From the IMG/VR virus record IMGVR_UViG_3300006810_014097, positions 1 to 48,550 of that record: DNA of 48,550 nt, one strand, 5' to 3'. A model generated the notes under the pieces. That model had not been told where the DNA came from, searched no databases, and was given only the letters and a program-made list of their open reading frames with translations. The DNA comes from a virus (Duplodnaviria > Caudoviricetes). Shown here piece after piece: positions 36,272 through 43,793 of this stretch (its first letter is position 1; each line of letters begins with the position of its first letter). Position numbers and translations under genes: made by a program.

Positions 36272-37012
36272 ATGAAAGTAGATCGCGAAGTTATGCAGGT
36301 TTTGAGTGCAAGCAAAACAGATGGCCGCCAGCTTTTCATTACTGGCGGACAGCTTGAGCGAGGCCTTTATCAGCGGCTGGACAAGGTTCTGAAAGCGGCG
36401 GGCGGGAAGTGGAACACCAAGGCAAGGGCCCACCTGTTTGATGGTGATGCTGCCGAAGCTATTGAGAACATTATCCTCACCGGTGAGGTGACCGTTCCTC
36501 AGGACTTTGGCTACTTCCCAACGCCAGCCTTTGTTGTCGATCGCCTGATCGAGCTAGCTGACGCGCGTGAGGGAATGAAGGCGCTAGAGCCATCGGCTGG
36601 GCGAGGTGCAATCGCCTCACGCCTGAAAACATGCGGCTTGAAAGTCGACTGCGTTGAGCTGCTGCCGGATAACGCTAAACATCTGATGGAGGACGGCTAC
36701 GAAAGCGTGCTTGTAACCGACTTCCTTACCGTTGAGCCCGAACCGCGCTATCAGCGGGTCGTGATGAATCCTCCCTTCGACAAGAAGCGCAGCGACATCC
36801 GCCATGTGATGCACGCCCTCAAGTTTCTGGAGCCTGGGGGTTTACTGGTTTCCGTTATGCCCTCCGGGATCGTGTTTCGCGAAGACGCGCTGAGCCGAGA
36901 CTTTCGCGGGATCGTAGAGCAGAGCGGCGGCTTCATCGAAGAACTTCCAGAAGGTTCTTTCAAAGAGTCAGGAACCATGGTCAACAGCGTGATCGTGGTC
37001 ATTCCTGCATAG
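36272..37012 (+). CDS. SAM-dependent amino (N6-adenine-type) methyltransferase
   Basis: YFPTP, LEPSAGRG (motif I), MNPPF (motif IV); AGGAG SD. Confidence 0.88.
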   Translation: MKVDREVMQVLSASKTDGRQLFITGGQLERGLYQRLDKVLKAAGGKWNTKARAHLFDGDAAEAIENIILTGEVTVPQDFGYFPTPAFVVDRLIELADAREGMKALEPSAGRGAIASRLKTCGLKVDCVELLPDNAKHLMEDGYESVLVTDFLTVEPEPRYQRVVMNPPFDKKRSDIRHVMHALKFLEPGGLLVSVMPSGIVFREDALSRDFRGIVEQSGGFIEELPEGSFKESGTMVNSVIVVIPA

Positions 37013-37104
37013 GTCCCCTGCTGGCCTTGGCAACAGGGCCATCACCAATGCGCGCTTAGGGTTCGCATCGGTGATCAACGCCGTATGGCATAGGAGATAG
37101 AGAT

Positions 37105-37311
37105 ATGTGCCAATTCAACATCGACTCACACATCAGCAACGGCAAGAGCCTTCAGTGGCTTGCTCTGCCAGATTCTGGCGAGCGCCCGGGTGACGTGGAG
37201 GCTCAAGTTCGCCAGGCGGCAATGAAGAAGTTCGGCCAGGCCGTCTTCTTCAATCGCTGGGAGCGCGTTGTTGCCAGCAACGGCTACATCACCGTGCGGA
37301 TGCATGCGTGA
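37105..37311 (+). CDS. Hypothetical protein
   Basis: AGGAG SD; 68 aa. Confidence 0.7.
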   Translation: MCQFNIDSHISNGKSLQWLALPDSGERPGDVEAQVRQAAMKKFGQAVFFNRWERVVASNGYITVRMHA

Positions 37312-37517
37312 TGAAGGTCTTCTTCAAGCCGATGCGCGGCTGCCGCATATTTGCAAGCGAGCAGCACATGACCAAGCCAGCTGGAGAGCTGATCGGATGG
37401 TGCGAAAAAGTTGATGGGAACATTTGCATTTTCAAGCCTCCACGCTCAATTGAGCTTGATCGCTTCATTTGGAGATACAGCGACGGCTTAAACCCATGGT
37501 TTGTTTATGGAGCTTGA
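37308..37517 (+). CDS. Hypothetical protein
   Basis: Coupled to the previous ORF. Confidence 0.6.
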   Translation: MMKVFFKPMRGCRIFASEQHMTKPAGELIGWCEKVDGNICIFKPPRSIELDRFIWRYSDGLNPWFVYGA

Positions 37518-37548
37518 GCAATGACTTTAGCGAAACAGGGGAACTGCA

Positions 37549-37686
37549 ATGCAATACAAGTACAGCGAGACAGCAGGCTATTACGGGAGTGGCGGATGGA
37601 TTTGCTTTACCTACGACTGGCTCGGCCTTATCTGCGTATGGAAGGTATTCGGAAGCGAGCAAGAAGCGGCTAATTACTGCCGCTAA
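37549..37686 (+). CDS. Small protein (45 aa; not in ORF track)
   Basis: MQYKYSETAGYYGSGGWICFTYDWLGLICVWKVFGSEQEAANYCR; AGGGGA SD. Confidence 0.5.
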   Translation: MQYKYSETAGYYGSGGWICFTYDWLGLICVWKVFGSEQEAANYCR

Positions 37687-37708
37687 CCCACCGCCCTGCC
37701 TAGCAGGG

Positions 37709-37845
37709 CAGATGGCATCGGTGATGGATGAATGCGGAATGATGATCCGCGATGGTTGGGCCAAGCCAACAGACAGGCGCCCTGAAATAGCACGAGACGC
37801 AAGCCGGAATTGCATCACCGGCCATCCATCAACCGATGTCATCTG
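37709..37845 (+). ncRNA. Candidate cloverleaf-like RNA on a ~22-bp closing stem
   Basis: CAGATGGCATCGGTGATGGATG pairs with CATCCATCAACCGATGTCATCTG; internal hairpins GCGGA/TCCGC, GTTGG/CCAAC, GCCGG/CCGGC. Confidence 0.6.
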
Positions 37846-37851
37846 GATTCA

Positions 37852-38044
37852 TAGAGCGTTTTGAGAGTGGTTGGAGCAGTGGAACCCGTAAACGGTCATT
37901 CGCGATGGCGTGAAGGGTTGCGTAGGCATCAGCCAAAGGCACAGGCACTGCAGGGCTTGTGAGGATTAACTGACGCCGAGGCTTAGCTCGCCATCCGCGG
38001 AGGATGGAGGTCGCCTTAGTGGGCACCACTCTTAAAACGCTCTA
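37852..38044 (+). ncRNA. Candidate multibranch RNA on a 20-bp closing stem
   Basis: TAGAGCGTTTTGAGAGTGGT pairs with ACCACTCTTAAAACGCTCTA; at least six internal helices. Confidence 0.6.
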
Positions 38045-38136
38045 CCGCACCACCCTCTTGCCGCTCCCCGCGGCCTTTTTGCCGGTTAGCCGGCTCCATA
38101 TTCCCCCTCTCCACGCACACATAGCGAGGATTGATC

Positions 38137-38424
38137 ATGTCCGAAATTCATACGCCAGGCCCATGGGTCTGGCTTGGAAAGCCTGGGCGTTCATGCCTGA
38201 ACTCGGCAAATGGCGCTGTTCTGGATTACGCGCAATTTGAAGGTATGTGGCCCGCTCGCTACTGCGACGAGAAAGACGCGGCAAACATGGCTCTTATTGC
38301 GGCCGCGCCCGATCTTCTGGAAATGCTGGAATTGATCGTGCTCACCGCAAAAGAAAACAAGCCTGCTCGTCACTACCTGGAAGGCGCCCGCGCCGCCATA
38401 GCCAAAGCCCGAGGTGCCTCATGA
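38137..38424 (+). CDS. Hypothetical protein, HTPGPW...AAAPDLLE family
   Basis: MSEIHTPGPW...ANMALIAAAPDLLE...AAIAKARG; GAGG SD. Confidence 0.75.
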   Translation: MSEIHTPGPWVWLGKPGRSCLNSANGAVLDYAQFEGMWPARYCDEKDAANMALIAAAPDLLEMLELIVLTAKENKPARHYLEGARAAIAKARGAS

Positions 38425-38813
38425 GCGCAGCCATAGAGCTTCTCCAGTGGCGGCACGATATGGCCGAGCCGGAGTGCGACACGAAGTTCATCGACACCGC
38501 CGAGGGCCATTCCTGGGCGTGCGGCATTGCGGACGACCTGATGGCCTGCAAGCCGCTAGTGATCGGCGGCAAAGAGGTGATCAAGGCGTTCGACCTGGCT
38601 GACAAGCTGGCCGAGCTCACCGCCTGCGCCTTCGACCCTGACGGCAACTATGCCGCGATGATCCTGGCCGCTGCGCTGGGTGACGGTGATCGCGCCAAGG
38701 CCTGCTTCGAAGCCTTCATGGGCGCCAAGTGCGTCGAGAACCTGGCCTACGAAATGGCCGCTGAACACGCTGAGGCGTATGCGGAATCGCGGGGAGAGGA
38801 TGACTATGAGTGA
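38421..38813 (+). CDS. Acidic hypothetical protein
   Basis: ATGA coupling; GAGG SD. Confidence 0.65.
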   Translation: MSAAIELLQWRHDMAEPECDTKFIDTAEGHSWACGIADDLMACKPLVIGGKEVIKAFDLADKLAELTACAFDPDGNYAAMILAAALGDGDRAKACFEAFMGAKCVENLAYEMAAEHAEAYAESRGEDDYE

Positions 38814-39246
38814 GCACACGCCTGGCCCTTGGCGCTGGGAGTTCAACGAGAAACATCGCCAGCTGACGCTTGTCGGCGGGCGTCCACAGTATGACCTGAC
38901 GATCATGGAGTTTTGCCGGTGGGGCATGTGGGGCGCTGGTGTTTCGATGCGCGACACAGCGCCAGAGGCTGACGGATTCCAGCTGACGCACAAGGTTCAC
39001 GAGCGTCCAGATTGGATCGTTCCATTCCCGGGGCGAGCACATCATAAAGACTGGTGCGCCGCTGTATCACACCCGGACATGCGCCTTATGCAGGCTGCCC
39101 CCGATCTGCTGGAGGCGCTTGAGGCATCAAACCTGCTGCTGCGCACCAAGCGTCATGCGTGCGAGAACTCTGAGGTTTGCCGAGTTCTTGATGTGCACAT
39201 TGAGCGCAACGCAGCCGCAATCGCCAAGGCAAGGAGCCAATCATGA
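38806..39246 (+). CDS. Hypothetical protein, HTPGPW...AAPDLLE family
   Basis: MSEHTPGPW...MRLMQAAPDLLEAL...AAIAKARS. Confidence 0.75.
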   Translation: MSEHTPGPWRWEFNEKHRQLTLVGGRPQYDLTIMEFCRWGMWGAGVSMRDTAPEADGFQLTHKVHERPDWIVPFPGRAHHKDWCAAVSHPDMRLMQAAPDLLEALEASNLLLRTKRHACENSEVCRVLDVHIERNAAAIAKARSQS

Positions 39247-39479
39247 CTAAGTCAACCAGCATCTACGAACAGTGCGCCAAGGTGGCCATCGACAAGCTGG
39301 CCTTTTCTGACGCACCGGAGACGGAGCTTCACCCGGTTATCGGCTTCATTGAGTCCGGCTGTCCGCGCTACTACGACGCAGAACGGCGCGACTCACTCCT
39401 GAGCCTTGCGCGCCACGTAGCCAACAAGCAGCGCGAACGAATCCGCGATGGGAAGATGATTGGGAGGATGGCGGGATGA
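39243..39479 (+). CDS. Hypothetical protein
   Basis: AAGGAG SD; ATGA coupling. Confidence 0.65.
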   Translation: MTKSTSIYEQCAKVAIDKLAFSDAPETELHPVIGFIESGCPRYYDAERRDSLLSLARHVANKQRERIRDGKMIGRMAG

Positions 39480-39838
39480 CAACGGCAATCGTGCAAAGCA
39501 TCAACGATGAAGACCTGGCGGAGCTGGAAGAAATTTGCCGTCAGCAGGCTTTTGAGTGCTGCGGAAATTATTCGGTAGGTGGCGAATACATGGGGCAATG
39601 GGAGAGAGTTTGCTGCGGCGAGCCTCGCTCAACCGAGAGGGACATAACTTGGCCCGCTGAGGAAGTCCTTAACCTTATCGCCCGGCTGCGCGCCGCAGAG
39701 GCTGATGCCAAGCGATACCACTGGCTAATCGATAACTGGCGCGTACAAGAGGTAATCGACGTTGTGCTTGATGACAACTCAGACACGGTTGATGCCTACG
39801 GGCCGCTAATCGACGCAGCCATGGAGCGCAAGCCATGA
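39476..39838 (+). CDS. Hypothetical protein (Ead/Ea22-like C-terminal module)
   Basis: VLNLIARLRAAEADAKRYHWL...IDAAM. Confidence 0.7.
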   Translation: MTTAIVQSINDEDLAELEEICRQQAFECCGNYSVGGEYMGQWERVCCGEPRSTERDITWPAEEVLNLIARLRAAEADAKRYHWLIDNWRVQEVIDVVLDDNSDTVDAYGPLIDAAMERKP

Positions 39839-39954
39839 CCCCACCCCTCCGCTTCCCGAAGCCCGCCGAGATGATCAAAGCGGGCTTTTTTGTGGCCTGC
39901 TTCCTTGGGTCTATCTATGTATTTGCGTCGGCTATGGCCGAGGTGGTGAGATGA
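39835..39954 (+). CDS. Small membrane peptide (39 aa; not in ORF track)
   Basis: MTPPLRFPKPAEMIKAGFFVACFLGSIYVFASAMAEVVR; ATGA coupling at both ends. Confidence 0.5.
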   Translation: MTPPLRFPKPAEMIKAGFFVACFLGSIYVFASAMAEVVR

Positions 39955-40124
39955 TAATCGGACTAAAGATCGCCCTAACCGGGCTTGTGATTTTCGTGCT
40001 CTGCGTTTACTGCTCGGACAAAGACAAACCCGTCTGGCGCTCATTTGATTATGCAGTGGCCATCTGCGGGCTTATGTCAGTTGTAGCAATTGTGATTGGC
40101 ATACTGATGGCGATATGGCTATGA
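39951..40124 (+). CDS. Small two-TM protein (57 aa; not in ORF track)
   Basis: MIIGLKIALTGLVIFVLCVYC...GILMAIWL; GAGGT SD; coupled. Confidence 0.55.
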   Translation: MIIGLKIALTGLVIFVLCVYCSDKDKPVWRSFDYAVAICGLMSVVAIVIGILMAIWL

Positions 40125-40240
40125 GCACCCGCTACCAACGCGCCCGCCGCTCTGCCATCTATCGCGGGCTGTTCTGCGCTATCTGCGTCTTCACTTTCTA
40201 CATCGGCGCTCTGGGCGTCGTGGATCGGATTACGGGGTAG
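40121..40240 (+). CDS. Small membrane peptide (39 aa; not in ORF track)
   Basis: MSTRYQRARRSAIYRGLFCAICVFTFYIGALGVVDRITG. Confidence 0.55.
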   Translation: MSTRYQRARRSAIYRGLFCAICVFTFYIGALGVVDRITG

Positions 40241-40243
40241 ACC

Positions 40244-40489
40244 ATGGGATTCCTATCAAACCTTCTTCCTCTGTCAGCCGACGAGCGCGAAGAACTTCGC
40301 AAGCTGCGCATCAAGTGCGCAACTCAAGAACAGTGGATCAGTCAGAGACTGATGCATGAGAGCAAGCCGCTTATCCGTGACGCCCAGCGCACGGCATTGA
40401 GCGTCTTACAGCGGCGCGTAGACATGATGCGCGCCGATCATCCCGATATCTGGCACCGGTACTTCTCGAAAGAAGCCAACCGCAAGTAA
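40244..40489 (+). CDS. Hypothetical protein
   Basis: 81-aa ORF in the operon. Confidence 0.65.
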   Translation: MGFLSNLLPLSADEREELRKLRIKCATQEQWISQRLMHESKPLIRDAQRTALSVLQRRVDMMRADHPDIWHRYFSKEANRK

Positions 40490-40540
40490 GCCAGCGCCAC
40501 CCTCTCCCACAACATCACCAGCGCCCTGGAGGGCGAAGCT

Positions 40541-41464
40541 ATGTCTAACGCACTCACGACCATCACGAGCGATATCTACGGTGCTCGCGATGCGTTTGCA
40601 TCCGTCCTGACCGATCGATCGCTCAACTTCGAGCGCGAAGCCGAGTTCGCGATTCAGACGATCGCGGCCAACGACTATTCGACCAAGCTGGCCCTGAACA
40701 ACCGCCAGTCAGTCGTCAATGCCGTGACCAACATCGCAGCGATCGGAATCAGCCTTAACCCGGCGAAGAAGCAGGCCTATCTGGTCCCTCGAGACGGCAA
40801 GATCTGCCTCGACATCAGCTACATCGGCCTGATGGACCTGGCCATGAATACCGGCGCCATCCGCTGGGCTCAGGCCGAACTGGTCTACAGCGGTGACAAC
40901 TTCGCGCTGAACGGCTTCGACAAGCCGCCGACGCACTCTTTCAACCCATTCGCCAAGGATCGCGGCGAGGTGATAGGGGTTTATGTGGTCGTCAAGACCG
41001 CAGACGGCGACTACCTGACCGAGACCATGAGCATGGATGAGGTCAACGCGATTCGCGATCGATCGAGCGCATGGAAGGCCTACGTCGAGAAAGGCAAGTC
41101 GTGCCCGTGGGTGACTGACCCTGGCGAGATGGCCAAGAAGACTTGCGTCAAGCGCGCCTACAAGTTCTGGCCGAAGACCGATCGGCTCGAGGAAGCGATT
41201 CACTACCTGAACACCGAAGGCAACGAAGGCCTGGCCAATCTGAACAAGCCGGCCAATGACTCCGACCTGGCCGTGCGCTGGATTGATCAAGCCGTCAAGG
41301 CGCAGTCCAAGGAAGCGCTCCAGCAAGTCTGGATATCCGGGCTGGCTGACATCAAGCAAGCGAAGGACAAGGTTGCCTACCCACAGTTCAAGGCCGCCGT
41401 CGAGAAGCGCAAGGCTGAACTCGAGGCGCCGGAAAATCAGCCGATCGAAGGTGAGACCGTATGA
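40541..41464 (+). CDS. recT: RecT-family single-strand annealing protein
   Basis: GISLNPAKKQAYLVPR...ISYIGL...PW.TD.GEMAKKT.VKRA.K.WP. Confidence 0.92.
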   Translation: MSNALTTITSDIYGARDAFASVLTDRSLNFEREAEFAIQTIAANDYSTKLALNNRQSVVNAVTNIAAIGISLNPAKKQAYLVPRDGKICLDISYIGLMDLAMNTGAIRWAQAELVYSGDNFALNGFDKPPTHSFNPFAKDRGEVIGVYVVVKTADGDYLTETMSMDEVNAIRDRSSAWKAYVEKGKSCPWVTDPGEMAKKTCVKRAYKFWPKTDRLEEAIHYLNTEGNEGLANLNKPANDSDLAVRWIDQAVKAQSKEALQQVWISGLADIKQAKDKVAYPQFKAAVEKRKAELEAPENQPIEGETV

Positions 41465-42228
41465 TCTTGATCGAATGCGAACAAGGCAGCCCCGAGTGGC
41501 ACCAGGCCAGAGCAGGATGCATAACGGCGAGCATGTTCGAGGTCGCCCGTTCTCGAGTCGATGGCCTGACAGCCCAGCAACAGAAGTACGTCGACGCGCT
41601 GCTGGCCGGCAAGACTGAGGCTGAGGCTCGAGACGCTGCCGAGTACAAGGCAGCGCCGAAGGCCGAGGCCGTGAAGAAGGCGCTGGCCGGCGAACCTGTC
41701 GGGCGCCCGTCTGACGCGGCGCTCAACTACGCATTCAGCCTAGCAATCGAACGCATCAGCGGCATACCACTCGATAACGGCTTCGAGACCTGGCACATGA
41801 AGCGCGGCCACGAACTCGAGCCGGAAGCGCGCATGGAACACGAGATGCAGACCGGCCTGATCATTCAGCGAGCCGGCTTCGTCACTACCGACGACGGCGC
41901 TTTCGGTGCCAGTGCTGACGGCCTGATCGGTGAAGACGGCGGCAGTGAGTACAAGTGCTTCTTGGCCCCGGAGAAGCTGCGCGCCTTCCACATCGACAAC
42001 GACGCCAGCGGGATCATGGATCAGGTCATGGGCTGCATGTGGATCACTGGCCGCAAGTTCTGGCATGTCGGCATGTACTGCCCCGCCCTCGAGCCGGTCG
42101 GCAAGCAGCTCTGGTGGCGCGAGTTACAGCGCGACGAAGACTACATCGAAAAGCTCGAGGCCGATCTGTGGCAGTTCAAGCTGCTGGTCGACGAGTACGA
42201 AGCCAAGCTGCGGATGAAAGCCGCATAA
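41461..42228 (+). CDS. YqaJ/lambda-exonuclease family recombination nuclease
   Basis: QGSPEWHQARAGCITAS...RGHELEPEAR...GASADGL...EYKC. Confidence 0.92.
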   Translation: MILIECEQGSPEWHQARAGCITASMFEVARSRVDGLTAQQQKYVDALLAGKTEAEARDAAEYKAAPKAEAVKKALAGEPVGRPSDAALNYAFSLAIERISGIPLDNGFETWHMKRGHELEPEARMEHEMQTGLIIQRAGFVTTDDGAFGASADGLIGEDGGSEYKCFLAPEKLRAFHIDNDASGIMDQVMGCMWITGRKFWHVGMYCPALEPVGKQLWWRELQRDEDYIEKLEADLWQFKLLVDEYEAKLRMKAA

Positions 42229-42339
42229 CGAAACCCCGCCACCACGACACGCGGCGCCACCGGCAAAGCTTGGAGCCGCGCCGTAACGACAGGCTGGCCA
42301 CCTGGGCATTCGGCCACCCCTCAACCACTGAGCAACCAC

Positions 42340-42813
42340 ATGCAAATACCCGAAAACATCCACGCCGACACCCTCCCAGCCATCGGCGCCGATCTGGCCG
42401 GCGGCAAGCTGGTCACCCTCTACATGCTGGCCGGTGTCGAGTTCGCACTGGTCTACCTGGGTGCAGCGGCTGAAGTAAAAGGCGCGTGGGGCGAATACGG
42501 CCAGGACGTCAAAACCACCCACGGTGACGGCGAGAAGAACACCCGCGCCATGGCTGAAGCCGGCAGCGAAATCGCCAAGCAAGCGCTGGAGCTCGGCGGC
42601 CACATCCCGGCGTGCCTGGAAGCGCATCTGCTGATGGCCGCCAAGACTGAAGGCCTGATCACCCTGCGCGAGGATCGCTACTGCTGGCTGAGCACGCAGT
42701 ATTCCGCCTACCTCGCCTACCTCATGGCCTTCGAGGATGGCTGGCAGTACTACGGCGGCAAGGGCGGCGAGCGCCCCGCGCGCCTCGTCCGCAAGATTCC
42801 CGTTATTCGCTGA
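42340..42813 (+). CDS. DUF1566-like (CLec-type) protein, DGR-target-like paralogue 1
   Basis: PAIG...GG...DGEKNTRAMA...YCWLSTQYS...AY...F..G...K...ARLVR. Confidence 0.75.
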   Translation: MQIPENIHADTLPAIGADLAGGKLVTLYMLAGVEFALVYLGAAAEVKGAWGEYGQDVKTTHGDGEKNTRAMAEAGSEIAKQALELGGHIPACLEAHLLMAAKTEGLITLREDRYCWLSTQYSAYLAYLMAFEDGWQYYGGKGGERPARLVRKIPVIR

Positions 42814-43468
42814 TTCATTCCTTCACTGATTCTCATCGGAGGACACCCAATGTCCCAGGAAATCTCCCTCAGCGTAGGCGGTTCTTCGCTGCGCACCCAA
42901 AGCCCCGCACTGGCCCTGCAAGTCCTGCAGCACCTGTGCCCAGATGTGGTTCGGCAGCTGCCGGCTCAGTTTGTTGGCAGTCTTGAAGTGACCCAGGCCG
43001 AGCGCAGCATGGCAATTGGTTCCAGCTTCGAGGGCTGCGTGATCTTCGCTCGTCACTGGATCGGTGGCGTCGAGTACGCCTTGATTGACCTGGGCGCAGC
43101 TGCCGAGATCGAGGGCGCCTGGGGCAAGCGCGATCAAGAGGTCGCCACCAATCACGGCGACGGCATTGCCAACACCACCGCCATGGCGGATGCCGGCAGT
43201 GACCTGGCAAAGCAGGCACTCGAAGCGGGCGCCTACATCCCCTCGGTGGCCGAGTGTCACTTGCTGATGTATGCCAAACAGATGGGGTTGGTAACGGACC
43301 TGCGCGAGGACATCGCCTATTGGACGAGCTCGCAGTGTTCCGCCAACAGCGCCTACTGCTTGGACTTCGAGAATGGCTGGCAGATCAACGGCGCCAAGTA
43401 CTACGAGCGCCCCGCGCGCCTCGTCCGCAGGATTCCCATCATCCGCTGATCCATTGATTCATTCCTTC
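42685..43468 (+). repeat. Pair of VR-like repeats (42685-42813 and 43321-43449) with a shared 3' tail
   Basis: Ungapped 129-bp alignment; identical 26-mer at 42768 and 43404; TGATTCATTCCTTC at 42811 and 43455. Confidence 0.85.
42850..43449 (+). CDS. DUF1566-like (CLec-type) protein, DGR-target-like paralogue 2
   Basis: DGIANTTAMA...YIPS..E...YWTSSQ.SA..AY..DF..G...ARLVRRI; GGAGG SD. Confidence 0.75.
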   Translation: MSQEISLSVGGSSLRTQSPALALQVLQHLCPDVVRQLPAQFVGSLEVTQAERSMAIGSSFEGCVIFARHWIGGVEYALIDLGAAAEIEGAWGKRDQEVATNHGDGIANTTAMADAGSDLAKQALEAGAYIPSVAECHLLMYAKQMGLVTDLREDIAYWTSSQCSANSAYCLDFENGWQINGAKYYERPARLVRRIPIIR

Positions 43469-43565
43469 CTTTCACCGCAGGTGATTCCGGGGCTGGAGCA
43501 GCCAGCCAGACCAGAAGCCCGCGCTGCACGCCTGCACACCGCCAAGGCATGACCAGAGGTGAGCC

Positions 43566-43793
43566 ATGCCATGCCTCAACGAAAGCCACGATGAACAGCG
43601 CGCCAGCAACCAGCAGCCAAACGCCATGGCGCACTACCAGGCCCAGGCAGTCGCCGCGCAGTTCTACGCCGAAGCCATGGCGTTGCTCGAACAGGCCAAA
43701 CCCTACGTCAGCCGCTGCAACAGCATCGGCGCCCAACAGCTGAGCCAGACGATAACCAAGTTTCTGGCGGATAACCGGAGAAAGCAGCCATGA
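43566..43793 (+). CDS. Hypothetical protein
   Basis: GAGGTG SD; coupled to the next ORF. Confidence 0.6.
   Translation: MPCLNESHDEQRASNQQPNAMAHYQAQAVAAQFYAEAMALLEQAKPYVSRCNSIGAQQLSQTITKFLADNRRKQP

Noticed and set aside
37709-37845. Canonical tRNA or hammerhead ribozyme
   Set aside because: No TTCGA T-loop or standard anticodon arm; ATGATGA is not the CTGATGA core in hammerhead context
37469-38240. ORFs 37469-37864, 37465-37842, 37829-38029 and 38004-38240
   Set aside because: Weak starts, no SD or motifs; overlap long RNA stems and better small ORFs
43450-43565. Possible DGR template repeat or RT remnant after the second VR
   Set aside because: No AAC-rich copy of the VR and no RT (YxDD-type) ORF here or elsewhere in the ORF track
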